Origin: Saccostrea cucullata | Lineage: Eukaryota | Assembly: GCF_032062105.1 (NCBI RefSeq) | Contig: NW_026920697.1 | Span: 62,001-126,000 of the forward strand | Length of the DNA stretch: 64,000 nt | Direction: 5' to 3' | In this document: positions 26,101 through 38,815 of the stretch, piece after piece | Numbering within the stretch: the first letter of the stretch is position 1 | Layout of the letters: every line of letters begins with the position of its first letter | The notes under the pieces: model-generated | Told to the model about the DNA's origin: nothing | The model's database searches: none | The model's input: the letters and a program-made list of their open reading frames with translations, nothing else | Translations under genes and position numbers: made by a program

Positions 26101-28736
26101 TATTGATTCTTTTATATGTTGCGGGTTCAAAACCGATTGCCTTACGTGGTGGCTGGTCAATCTATGAGAACACGTATACTTTAAAAAAAGGTCTCGTGTC
26201 GCAGTAGTGCAAGATAAAAGATCTCTCACTGCTCAAAGACCCTAAGTGCCGAACAAAGGTCTGAATTTGCAGCCCTCTACCGGCACACACACTATGACGT
26301 CATAGTCTACAACACCGCGTTTCAAAAATCAAAGAAAATGTGATAAACACTTTTTGTAGATGATTGAATATGGAATTTATCTACTTATATAAGAGGATTT
26401 TATATTCTGTTATACTCGCAGTGCTTCGCGAAATAACTTTCACATTCAACTACAAAGCATTGAATATTTTCATTTATCTATATAATTTATCTAATATCAT
26501 GACTTGTTTTTTATTTACAGGAATAAATAATGCAATCCGTCGACCTCATGACAAGTCCTATTGACAACTACTTTTGCATGCTTTGATTAAATCAGCAAAA
26601 ATATCGATCACTGATAAAGTTTGTTTTATTCTTTATAAAGTCTTGTTAAAATAACAATTGTAGCAGATGGTATAATAACGATCCGTGAAACATTTGTATA
26701 TAAAGGTAAACGTAAAAATCCTATCTGAAGCGAGATAGATAATAAACTGTCACTTAATAAAGAGAGAAGACTTTTTTTCTTTACTTCCCCGGCTCCCTGG
26801 AAAAATCTGATGACGCAGCTGATCGTGTATCCCAAATGTTCTATACTGACCGGAAGTAGAACGTTCAGACAGGCCGAAAATAGTATACAGGCACCAAATG
26901 TTCTAAAAGAAATTTAGAAAGACCATGCAGAAGTTACGTTAAGTCATGTGGTCATGAAGGGTTCAGTCTCCGAAAACAAATATTAGTAATTTCAGTAAAG
27001 TGTGAAGTTTTGCATTACGTCACGATCTTTTTTGACAGATGCATCCAGCATAAACAATTCAGTCGCCGCTATCTGATTGGTCAATTCATATTATCAACAT
27101 TGACACGGAAATAGTCTGTTGCATGAGCAACCAATGGGGATTAGAAGAAACTTCCAGTCGTAAAGCTTGCGGTTTGGAGGCGTGTACTATTTACCTTGAG
27201 CGCAGCTGACATCATAGGTTGTGACGTAATGCAAAACTTCACACTTAACTGAAATTACTAATACTTCTTTTCAAAAAGTTATTGGAAGTCGTTGGCATTT
27301 TATTCATGTATTACATGTGTAAGAAACTTGATCAGTATTTTATACTTGTGACATGGCCACTTTGTGGTGAGGTACCCAGAGGGTAACTGAGACAGGAAGA
27401 AACCGATATAGAACAAACTGTGGAGAAGCTCAGCCATTCTTGTGTTCCATTCTACAGTAGGGAGCTAAAACAAAGAGGGGTCAAATTAGTAGAGCTAAAG
27501 ATTGATTTTGAGAGAATTTTGCAAATAATACGCGTACAGCGTACCATTTATTACAAAATCCAGAGACTGCTATATTATAAGAAGATACACGTAAATGTAA
27601 TTTATGAACCTAGTGACCAATTGCAGCTTGAAATTCAAAAGCGGGTAGATTTTTTGAGTCGTGAGACCTTTCTAAACACACAGATAACTGAGGGGAAATG
27701 GCGAAGCACTATTTCCATACTGGACAAGACATTCTTTTTTTCCACAGAAAAATGCTTAATGTTATTTATATGATTCCGAAACATGCAATATTATGGGACC
27801 CAATATTTTCAAGAATTGATGTATTCATCAAACATGCATGCAAAAATTCGCCTTTTTTCAATTTCCGCGTTTTTGAGTCACTTTGCTCTTTTGTTTGTTT
27901 GTTGCAAATAGTAAAGTTCTAAACGTTTTCATACGAACTAAAATCAGACTAGCTCTGTTTACATAAGGCCCTTGAGTGCTTGAATTTGTGGTGCTAGTGT
28001 TTGGAGTGGGAGTTAATTTCAACTATGGTTTTGTCAATCACTTCTCTAACAGTTCAGAAAAAGTTGCAAAACGTGTCCTTAAGTACCATTCAGAAGGCCC
28101 ATCCAATATATTAATATGGCTTCTGATGATTTGAAATGAGCGGGTCTAGTATGAGCGTGCACAGACACTTAACATTTTTTTTTAAAAGACTTTATTCGTT
28201 GCTTGAATATGATCGAACAGCAGGCTTGAGCTCTGACCATAAACTCCAAAGCTCAACAGACTGTGAGTAAGTAACATTTGAGTACTGTATTTGAATAATG
28301 TAGCATTGCATTTGGTAAAGAAACTAAGAATATCTAATACTCTAAAAATAATTTAATGACATTGTCAAAAAACTGAACATTGTCACCTGACTTTTGTTGA
28401 AAGAACTAATTTCTACCAATTTTTCATTTTTTAACTTACATTCCATTTAGCTTGTTGTGTTCCGACTTTCATATGAGCTTCTTCATCCAAAATAGTTATC
28501 ATGGTAATTCCAACGTTTGTTCTCATACAATATACAACAACCATTCCAAGCGTCGCTAAGATCGTCACAATGTACCTTCTGGGGAAATAAAAATCCGAGC
28601 AGCAACAAACGGAAGCTGTCAAACTGTCACTTTCTGTAGGACTTTGAGGTTCACTCTTCTGTGTGAGTTCAACATCACCCTCCATTTTCTGATTATGTCC
28701 GCCAAGATCCCCTTTATCTGAAGCTTGTAACGACAT
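23136..28736 (-). CDS. SLC17-family MFS anion transporter (sialin/VGLUT-like). Exons 28736-28440, 27464-27346, 26902-26785, 25798-25711, 25164-25078, 24991-24858, 24767-24621, 24410-24278, 24147-24037, 23792-23665, 23547-23463, 23350-23136
   Basis: PRRYIVTILATLGMVVVYCMRTNVGITM; LFYIGFFLSQLPSGYL; RFFQGAGEGFLYPAVYGVLRHWTTANERGRL; VPYRQILTSLPV; VNYYDLSSRYA; FGSGEEQPWA; consistent GT-AG phases. Confidence 0.92.
26187..26285 (+). mobile_element. SINE fragment (same family as 14770-14886) in an SLC17 intron
   Basis: GGTCTCGTGTCGCAGTAGTG...AAAGATCTCTCACTGCTCAAAG...AATTTGCAGCCCT. Confidence 0.55.
26981..27263. mobile_element. ~280-bp MITE in an SLC17 intron
   Basis: ~43-bp inverted repeats TATTAGTAATTTCAGTAAAGTGTGAAGTTTTGCATTACGTCAC / GTGACGTAATGCAAAACTTCACACTTAACTGAAATTACTAATA. 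Confidence 0.8.
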
Positions 28737-29542
28737 TGTCTAGTTTAAAAATGGCATCTTTTCTCCAGCCTTGTGTCCATCTACCTCGGAAACTGCTGAA
28801 ATTTCATGAACCTAGGAGAAAAAGCGACCAATTTTTTTTAGTAAAATTCAGATCTTTTATTATTTTGCTATATAAAAAATTATTTTAAAATACTTTTCAT
28901 TTCAATATATTGAATAGATGATCGAATCATCGATACAAGAATAATAGTACAATTCTCAGTTAACCTTGGACTTTCAGTAAGGCATGGCATTTCCGACGTT
29001 ACATAATTAGGGTCTAAAACTTACACGGATTTCATTCACTGTTGAAATATATATGGGATAGAAATTCGGCGAATGTCAACGAGTGTAGCATTTATCCAAT
29101 ACAGTGTCTCGTACGGCAAAGAGGTGGGGAATAAGTCGTCTCATCGTTGTCAACAACAATTTAAAGTACCTGATGTTATTATATTTTTTACCAATGAGAA
29201 TCTATTCGCCATTTGACAGACGCTTATGACGTAGCACTGAGAATGCCATGTCTTACTGAAATTCCAAGGTTTACTGAGAACTGTACTATGTTGACGGACA
29301 CTTCTATTGTTTTAATTGAGATCTGGTTCGTCAAACCGAACGTGACATTGGTGTGTCTAGACGTCGTGCGTAAGTTGCGCTACCAAAAAGAAACAGTGCT
29401 GAAAGTACATGAAGACCGTTCGGTTTACTTTTTATCTTCAAAAAATATCCATTAATTTAATCAAGGCGAGTTAACTGTTGAACTTTTGCCTTTTTTGGCG
29501 AGAGCGTATCTCAAACAAGTGATGCATTAAGTGGGTCTAGAG

Positions 29543-29643
29543 CACAGGCGCTTGACCTTTTTAACCTTTCTTATCATAAATAAAAATAGTGGATATAGAT
29601 TTTTATTTATGAAAAGAAAGGTTAAAAATGTCAAGCGCCTGTG
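29543..29643. repeat. ~100-bp hairpin (micro-MITE-like)
   Basis: CACAGGCGCTTGACCTTTTTAACCTTTCTTATCATAAATAAAAAT ... ATTTTTATTTATGAAAAGAAAGGTTAAAAATGTCAAGCGCCTGTG. Confidence 0.75.
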
Positions 29644-30756
29644 TATCCGTTGTATTTTTAGAGACCGTCTTTTATCCAAATCAAACACTAGATGAGGTTA
29701 ACAGTCATCATTGGGTCTAGGACTGCAGTAAGATTTGAACCACGAGCCTCCGGAAAAAATTATGCAGATATTTCCCAAAACATTACATATATATTACCTA
29801 TATACGTTTGGTTTATTTATAATTAAAACCTTTAATTATTTTTTGAAAGTTTAGGTAACTATTACAATACTGCTTTCATACATTTGAAGAACTATACCAA
29901 GCCACTACCAACCTCCTTCCAATTTAAGTCCTTGGCTCGCTGTGATCTTGTTAATTTTCCAAGTGAATCATTCGTTACATTGCAAACAACGCTTCAAGAA
30001 CCGCCCAACAAAACTGTTATTCGTGACTATTTAAAAAAAAAAAATAGACAAACACTTTAAAATCGATAACCACAAATAGAAGGTAAATGTGCCATTTTGC
30101 TCTTCCTCCGTCAAGATTTAACTGCAGGAACACCAATCTAGCAACAGGTCGGCTGAAAAGCCTTGTTACAGGTTAAAACAAACCTCGGAGATAATAAAAA
30201 AATATTTCAATACAAAACAACACGAAGTTTAACATCTGTTGACAGAAAGATCGAAGTAGATGTATCAGCTGTTAGGTTTGTTATAATGATACAGAGAGAG
30301 ACCATTACATACAGTCACATGCCAGGGTTTACATGTGTTTATCTCTCACTACAAATTGTTACATGTATTTGTAATTTGCTGTGTTTTTTTATGAATCCAT
30401 TTACTTGCAGGCATGCAATTATTTGTGACAATAGTTTGGCAATAATTTGTAAATACATATATACTGTTAAATATATTTTATTTACTTTTCTGTACTTCAT
30501 GATGGTACTTGTTTGACGTGTGTGTTTATATAAGTACTACTAGAAGGTTTGATTCACCATTGAAAAACCTTTCCTATTTTGGAATGTAGATAAAAGATAC
30601 CAGTATTTATAAAAGTATAACAGTACTAAATCTAGAGTATAATCATATAAATCAATAGTGAGGATCATTTAGATACGGAAAACAAAGTATGCTGGCTTCT
30701 CCAAAACAGACCATTACTTGGTGTTGGAAATAATATTCGAACTTAATGCTAAGACA

Positions 30757-31330
30757 TTTTTATGCCCTATATCGAAAGATACCGGGGGTGTATTGTTTTT
30801 GTCCTGTCTGTCTGTTTGTCTCTCTGTCTGTTTGTTGTCAACTTTAACCTAGCCCATAACTATTGAGTGGGTGGGGCTATATGGCTTTCATATTTCACAC
30901 GTGTATTCCTTGTGACAAGACCTGTCCATTGGTACCACCATATTTGACCTCTTGACCTTTGAGTTTGACCTACTTTTACAAAAAAAAAATTACCACACTT
31001 TAACCTTGGCCATAAATTTTGAACAGTTGGAGCTAGGGCTTTCATCATCCACATGTGTATTAATTGTAACAAGACCTTTCAGCTGGTTTAAATATTTTTG
31101 ACCTTGACGTAATAGTTTGACCCATTTTTTAAAAAAAATTAACCTTGGTCATAACTTTTGAACAGTTAGAAATATGGCTTTCATATTTCACAGGTGTATT
31201 CCCTGTAACAAGACCTTTCTTTGGGTACCAACACTTTTGACCTTTTGAGTTTGACATGCATTTAAGAGAATTCAACCTTCGCCATAAGCTGCCATAAGGG
31301 GGCATCAGTGTTTCACAACACACCTTATTA
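30757..31330 (+). mobile_element. HINE/Helentron-like non-autonomous element with a (GTCT)n microsatellite and internal tandem repeats
   Basis: TTTTTATGCCC start; TGTCTGTCTGT; repeated TTAACCTTGGCCATAA...GGCTTTCATATTTCACA...ACAAGACCTTTC units; GGGGGCATCAGTGTTTCACAACACACCTT end. Confidence 0.7.
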
Positions 31331-31916
31331 TGTTTTAATAGTGGATCTCTCCTTGTCAATAATGTCCCGGCGGGAGTTAAAGATATTTGTTTATTTCGGC
31401 CTAATTTTACAACAGAAACCTAGATTATCTATGTGATTTCACTAAGATCTATTCTTAAGAATTTGTCGAAAAATCAGTACTGTACTACAGATGTATTATC
31501 TAATTCAAATAAAATCTTTGTTTGAAAAACATCATAATATTTGTGCATTCGGTAGATAATGAACGTCTTTTAAACAATTGAATAGACACTTGAAATTTTT
31601 AGTTTTTGTCAAAAGGTTACTTTTCCTTGTAAAAAAAACCAAAAATTGAAATTGTCCTTCTTTTGAACACTAATAAATTGAAATTCAAAGCGTACACAAA
31701 TTATAACACAATTCAGAGAAAGATCATAATATGTATAACATGTATAACATCAATCTGATAAAACAGTCTGATATTTCTTCAGTCCAGATGAGCCACTACT
31801 TTTGTCTGGATATTAGCTGTAGGCCTACCGTCTCAAAACTGATTTTGCATATAACCACCATGTAATATTTACTTTACGTTACTTGACTTACCTTACTCTT
31901 GTTTTTGCAGTATAAC

Positions 31917-31961
31917 TTACGTAAGAAATTACGTCACTCTCTGAACATGTCGATGACGTCA
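31917..31961. promoter_or_regulatory. bZIP/CRE site cluster upstream of the EGF-domain gene
   Basis: TTACGTAA 31917, TTACGTCA 31929, TGACGTCA 31954. Confidence 0.35.
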
Positions 31962-31985
31962 TAAAGGATTCTTTTTCAGAAAAAA

Positions 31986-33116
31986 ATGAAGGAACATATT
32001 TTTGCGCTTTGTATGATCTATTCGGCTTTAATCACATTGGCTGATTTTAGGAAGAGTGAAAATCATGGAACATTTAGCTGGCTTCATTCTATTCCACGAG
32101 ATGACCCACGAGTTCAAGACGTCATCATGAATCCAATGAGGGAGAAACTGAGAATTGTAGGACCGTTCCTAGCCGCTCATAAGTATTTCGCAGTAGATCC
32201 ACGATCCATAAACGGACGTGTCGAAAGAAAAGGCGGATTACATAGAAGTTTTCCTAACCCAAGAATAGTACAGTGGGACCCTAGTATTACCAAGGCTTGC
32301 GAGGATGGTGAAGTGTCTTGTATAAACGAAATCTACAGGAAAGCCATCATGGCGAATTCTGTATGGAAACTTCACGATTCCGATAAATACTCTAAACATT
32401 CAATATTCTCGCCATTCAAAACCGAATTGGAGATGTTTCGATATCGGGCCACAGCAGTTTATTACATGTGTTGGTATACAGAACTGAAATGTGCATTGTT
32501 AGCGTATGTTGAAAACCACGAAAAGGGGTGTCTGGATTCTTTGTCAAACACTGTTGAAGCAAATGGTAGACACATTGTTGATTTTAGATCCGACTATGGC
32601 GGAAATCAGTCAGATCCTATTTCCCTGTGGACCTGTGCCTATTTATGGTTTTGTCCAGACCCCTGTTACGGAAGAAGTTCAAATGGAAATGTGAAAGACG
32701 AAACATCGGCCAAAGCTGACCCACAAAACCCTTGCACCAAACTAAAGGACAAAACCTGTACGTGGATTACTGGGAAAAACATTGACTTCCAAGATCTGAC
32801 CAAAAACAGGTTTAATTATTCCTGTGTCTGTGATAAGCAGGGCTATATATGGAGCCCTAGGTACCGACTTTGCTTTGACCAGGACGAGTGCTTTGACCAA
32901 GTGGCACAATGTCCCGACGATAAAATCTGCAGGAATACCATTGGTTCCTATGATTGTAGTTGCAGGCGGGGATTCTTTCAACACGAGATGACTGGGAATT
33001 GTGTTCGTAGTCCTATTTTTAAGGGATCACTTGACAGAATTCGCCAAAGAGCAAAGAAGAAGGATAAAAATGTACCATTTTGGATCAAAATAATGGAAAA
33101 AATACTTGGGAAATAA
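31986..33116 (+). CDS. Secreted Cys-rich protein with a C-terminal calcium-binding EGF-like domain (single coding exon)
   Basis: Signal-peptide-like MKEHIFALCMIYSALITLA; DQDECFDQVAQCPDDKICRNTIGSYDCSCRRGF fits the EGF_CA pattern. Confidence 0.88.
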   Translation: MKEHIFALCMIYSALITLADFRKSENHGTFSWLHSIPRDDPRVQDVIMNPMREKLRIVGPFLAAHKYFAVDPRSINGRVERKGGLHRSFPNPRIVQWDPSITKACEDGEVSCINEIYRKAIMANSVWKLHDSDKYSKHSIFSPFKTELEMFRYRATAVYYMCWYTELKCALLAYVENHEKGCLDSLSNTVEANGRHIVDFRSDYGGNQSDPISLWTCAYLWFCPDPCYGRSSNGNVKDETSAKADPQNPCTKLKDKTCTWITGKNIDFQDLTKNRFNYSCVCDKQGYIWSPRYRLCFDQDECFDQVAQCPDDKICRNTIGSYDCSCRRGFFQHEMTGNCVRSPIFKGSLDRIRQRAKKKDKNVPFWIKIMEKILGK

Positions 33117-34203
33117 CATTGTATTTACCTTAAATAGAACATGTTGAAGCAAAAAGTTATTTTTATAATTCATAATACCGAATGTATGCAACTTTAGTTT
33201 ATATTTTTATAAAACAATCATGAATCATTTTCCAAAGGCTCACAGATTATACAATGTAAATTTATTTTGTGCTTATCTGTTATTTTCCTATACATTGCAT
33301 AACGACCACTAAACTTTCTAAAAGGTAACGTTACCTTGACTGGTGTGCAATTGTGTATTCAGCAGCTGTAAACATTTTTAATTACATTTTGCCTGAAAAA
33401 ATATATATTCTATGCCTTACAGCCAGGAACAATGGTCATTAATTAAATTGAAAATAATGAAAGAATTGTTGAAAAAAGGTTAGATTTGTAAACCTATCAG
33501 TTTATTTACAATTGCGAAATGTAACCACTATATACAATGTATGGTATTTTATAAAGTGACAACTCCAACCTGTCACTCAGTTGATGTTTTATGCACGGAC
33601 CATATATAGTTCTGCTTTAGTCCTAGGAATTAATTATCATATTTTGCAATTCATAAAGTGCATAATGTTCAAAATTAAGAAAACTTTTGCATTTGAACAA
33701 AAATGTGATGTGAAAAATCCAACAACATTCATATCAGCATGTAGATTTAATTTAAAAAAGAGAAAAAAGTTTGAAATTGTTCTAGTGTCATGTCTTTATG
33801 TACAAATACAATGTAGGTTTCATGATGTAGTGTGTACAGTTTGCTTCGTGTTTTTGTGCCATTACTTATAATGACCCCGTGTGATTAGATACAACCACAG
33901 CATATATATTAACAATTTCCATAGAAAAAAGGAGTAATTCATCGTGTAATGCTTCTCTCAATATAAATACGGCCAGCGCGTGAATTTTAAATAGGTAAAA
34001 CTAATTTTGACGTTGAATATGTTTACTGGATATAATGTTAATTCTTAATGCCCACGTCAGACATAAAGAATATATTTTTGCTTCACGTATTTTCTATGCA
34101 AATAAATCATGTGTACACCAATTAATTACTTTGAGTGATTAAGACTTCTCTGCAAAACATGCTTCACTAATGCGAGTCAGGACAATTTTTGGTTCGAGAT
34201 CTG

Positions 34204-37200
34204 ATGATGCGCGCACTGGTTCTTCTAAGTTTACACCTACTGACAGACATCTGGGGATGGCCCTCCTTTAACGACTACATACCAAACGGTGACAAGGTCC
34301 CCAATCCGTGCAACCCCTCCCTAATATGGTACGGGGTGGGGCACCTTGGTGCCCATGGATCAGGACCTAGAAATCAATTTGGAAAAGATTTTCTGAAAGC
34401 CAATAAGGTAAGTTGATTTGAAGTTTTCCTTCGTATAAATAGGTAACAATGAGTACTTTCGTTTGATCTGTACACACTAAGCGCTAGAAGACCCTGGAAG
34501 TAAGGTGACATTGTGGTCAGTATGGACAGGTCATTTACCTATAAGTCATACCTTTATTTACACTTGTGTCCCATGCCCAGTAATTAGTGACTTGATATAC
34601 ACAGCTGACTAAATCTGACCAGTCCATGACAATTGAGTAGCGCATGATTTTATGCATCATTTCCAAAATTAAGACGATAAACATATCTTCACTTGTCTTT
34701 TACCAAAAAGAATAAAATCTGCAATAAACTGGTTTGCATCGTTTGTCACTGATATGTGATTTTTTTTCTCTTCAGAACCAAGCCATAGTAACCAAAGTAT
34801 TTTAAAGTTCAATAATGAATAATAGGATATTTACAGTTACAAATTCATATTTCACATTGTAGGAACATTATATCCACTGTGTACTCATTACTTTCTCTCT
34901 CTCTCACTCTCATTTTTTTTTAAATCCTGGACCCTACCTATTTCATCACACCTGAACTGACAACTCAAGTGAACTTTTCTGATCACCCATTCTCTGTCGT
35001 CCGTCCGTCTGTAAACTTTTCACATTTTCAACTTCTCCTCAAGAACCACTGGACCAATTTTAACCAAACTTGGTACAAAGCATCCCTGGGTGAAGGAGAG
35101 TTTAAATTTTTTAATAAAGCACCAAGCCCTCAGGTACCTGTGGACAGGACCCTCACCCCCCATACCCAACATATTCAAAAACCGGGACTTGTTGGACATT
35201 TTTTTCGCAAATTATATGTACTCGTATTACACTTAATTATCATGTTTACAATAGGGAAAAAATTGTAAAAACCTCAAAATAATCGCTCCACAAAAAAAAC
35301 CCCTCCACTCCACAGTATAGTGGAGTATTTTTTGTGGAGCGATTATTTTGGGGGTTTTACGATTTTTCCTCTTGTACACATGATGAATACGTGTAATAAA
35401 TATAATTTGTGAAAAGAAATTGTCCAACAAGCTCCGGGGTTCCTGGGGCCAGGGGTAGAACCAATGGACCAGGAAAGCTGATATTTATGTGAAAGCATCC
35501 TGGGGCCAGGGGTAGTGTAGATTCTAAATTGTTCAAACATGACCCAAGGGGGAAAAGCGAGGCGACAATAGGGAATCCAAGTTTTTAATTGAAATATACA
35601 GGAAAAATCTTCTTCTCAAGAAACACAAGGCCAGGAAGGCTGAAACTTATGTGGAAGCATTATAAGGGAGGGGGTTGGTCTGGTGAAAAACGGCATGGCT
35701 AATGTATTCAGCCATCAGGTGAGCGTTGTGGCCCATGGGCCTTTTTGGTATAGTAGAACGAATTACTATAGTATAACATGTGCAATAGTTATTCATATGT
35801 TCAAATCCAACTTAATACCAATAAAGAGAGACTGGTTCTTTGGTTTCCCTCCAGAAATGGGAGGACATTTGTCGTCTGGATTCGGACGGGGACGGTCAGT
35901 ACAATGGGCTGGAGCTAGGGGACCCAAACTGTGAGTGGTCCACCACCAACAGGAACCTGACCCTCCCGGCCTTTTCACATCCAGGTAAGGCACGGGGATA
36001 TATTGGAAGTTAAACTGTTGTATTCAATATCTTAAAATTAAAGGAAAGTTTTAATGGTGGGTGGGAATATGTGCCGAAATGTGTTCTCCTATTCTCCACC
36101 CAAAGTTGTCCCGCTTGGCTCCCAACACCTCAGGTGTCTGTGGGAGCGTATTGGAACGGCATACAGAATAATCTCTTGCTCGCTTTGTTTCTTAGATTTT
36201 ATGCTTTCCTCATTTTTAATAACATTTAGATTCAAAATCCTCTAGGTATTTCAACTTAATCGAAGAATTCAAAGGTTTCATTTTTTGCCTAATATGATAC
36301 ACTGGAAGAAAATGGCCATGATTCATAAAACCGACAGACAGCGTAGGTTTGAAAAAAGTGTATTTTTGGATTAACATTCTGAGCGCCATTTGTGTTTAGC
36401 ATATTTGCTAATTTCTGAAAGTTGTCTGAAGATATATTTCACACTGAATGCAAAATCAAATGCAGGAACAATTTCATTACTAGTATATCCTTAGTCTCCC
36501 TCTTCTATACCTGATTTATACAATATTCCAACCTTTGAAAGTGTATTTCAATTTTGTCATAATTTTGCAAACCTTTTGGCAAACAATCTCGAAATCCATT
36601 TCTTTGGCGTAACAGATGTGGAAAATCAGCATCTGTACTTATTTTAAAATAGCATATCTGCATGTAAAATAACACCAGTAGGATTTCCTTAACAATACCA
36701 TCTCTTTACTAATTTGATATTAGGTATCTGTGAACCCTGGGACAGCCCGAGATGTCTTGCTATGAATGGCTCTTTGGACTGCGATGCCGACAAAGTCTCC
36801 ACTAAATGTGAACAAATTGATGAACCAGGTCATTAGAGGATTTTATTTTTTATTGCAATTTTGGCATTATTTTACACAATTTGACATACTGAATATAATT
36901 AAATAACTTTTTATTTCCCCATTTCATTGTAGGTGTAAAGAAGTATGACATGTTCCTTAACAACTATTCCATTCCATTAAAAGAGTGGAGCTTTGTTTGC
37001 CGAATATTCAATTTGCCGACGAATAAAGACTATCACGTGATAGCATCTAAACCAATCAACCACCAGCATAAACTTCTGAAAAAAGTAGCAGTCTATGGAT
37101 GCAGTTAGTATCAATGTATTCTTGGATTGTACATGAGTGTATATTCATTTTTATTCATTAATTTTTTTTATTTTAGATTGAATATAAGACAGTATTTATA

Positions 37201-38815
37201 TATGTAACATTTTAGTCTAAGGATGTAGAGAACAATTTCAAATTTTCTAACAAGGAGCAGAAAAAAGGTCAAACATGAAAATCCATTTATAGGGGGGTAG
37301 GATATATTTTTTTTGAGGGGGGGGGGTAAATTTTCCCTATAGACCAGGCAAGCACTCATTTCATTTTACTACTCATTTAACTCATGAAGATTGAAATGCC
37401 GTTATCATGATTGTAGATCCAAACATGGAACGGATTACACGACTGGGGGTTTTTGAATGCTCCTCGATAATCGCCAAACCTTGTCAAGATCTCATTGCAA
37501 TAATGACCACCGACCAAATGGACCAGGGCAACTGTTTTCCACGTGACGTGGGGCTACAGATTGGCAAAACAGGATACAAGCAAATTCTTATGAAGGTTCG
37601 TACATCTCATTTGTTAGTGAACTTTTCATTCGAGTTGTTCCGATATAACAATATACTATTCTTTACAGTGGACATTTGTCAATCCAAGGAAAGAACAATC
37701 CGTGACACAGGCGGGAATGTCACTGTTCATCACCCCAAATCTGAAGAAATATAACGCCGGGGTGGCCATTCTGGAGGAGACGCACTTCAGCGTGCCGGGA
37801 AACCTCCCTAGTTACTCGGTGTCGTCTGCTTGTCCTAGTTCCTGTACACAGCTCCAAATGAGATCACCAGTTACCATCGTGGCGGGAGTTAACGTCATGA
37901 GGCATTATGGTAATTATAGCTATAACTACCTCCTTGTTAACACCATCTTTCCCGGAAGTCAACGGTTTCTGATCCACTCCTCTCTGCATTAATGCGGAGC
38001 AGAATAGGTCAGAAAGTTTCGACTTGGGAAGATGGAATATCATGCTATTTAGTAAAATTGATCACTGGAGAATTGATTCAAATTGACTGTAAAGATAGTT
38101 TGAATCCCTTGTAGGTGTTAAACAGCGAGTGGATGTTGAAAGAAATGACAGGATCTACAACTCTATTACAAATGACACTAGCTATGACGTTTTCGACCCA
38201 ACTGTTTTCTGGTATAGTGTTATTCAAAATAATGTCTATGCATTGCACAGAGACCTCAGAGTTAAATTGTTCTAATAAGCAAAATAATTTTTTTTTACAT
38301 ATACTAGGTACACAACCCCTGTGCCAGTCCTTCCCGGTGATATGTTGAAGCTGACTTGTGAGTACAACACAATGAATGTGCGCAGTGATGTTAACTGGGG
38401 AATGGGGCCAAATCAGGAGCTGTGTAAAACCATCCTCATCTTTTACCCAAAGGAAAACTGGGACGACCATCACTGTGAAAGCTTTAAAAATATCCCCCTT
38501 TGTGCCTTGGAGATCGGTGATTCTGTGTTTGGGTGTACCTACGGTGGATTTATGACGGCCTTAAATTCAAATCCTCTCTACGACCTCACAAAATGTTCAA
38601 TTTTGTCCACATGTACAGACGAATGCCTGCAACGCGTAACGGCTGTCCGAGGGACGCCTTGTCTCTCAGGAGATATGTACGAATTGTGGAAACTCATGGC
38701 GAGGTCACTGAGAAATAACAAATTAATTACTTTGTTTAAAGCACTTGTAACCTGCGAGGAAAGATATACCACCACTTTGTTAGGAACAAGGTCTCAAAGC
38801 CATGGTAGAGGATAG
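34204..38815 (+). CDS. Temptin domain plus copper type II ascorbate-dependent monooxygenase fold (DBH/MOXD1-like), probably catalytically dead. Exons 34204-34407, 35855-35984, 36724-36828, 36933-37103, 37417-37595, 37669-37909, 38115-38211, 38308-38815
   Basis: Signal peptide; IPNGDKVPNPC...GVGH...GPRNQFGKDF; ICRLDSDGDGQYNGLELGDPNCEW...SHPG (temptin); FNLPTNKDYHVIA, FPRDVGLQIG, TPNLKKYNAG, VLPGDMLKLTCEYNT, ELC...FYP. Confidence 0.9.
34945..35748 (+). mobile_element. HINE-like element in intron 1 of the temptin gene, interrupted by a nested palindromic repeat (~35130-35435)
   Basis: CACCTGAACTGACAACTCAAGTGAACTTTTCTGATCA...GTCCGTCCGTCTGTAAAC start; one satellite monomer like that of 1-1100; CAGGTGAGCGTTGTGGCCCATGGGCCT end. 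Confidence 0.75.
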
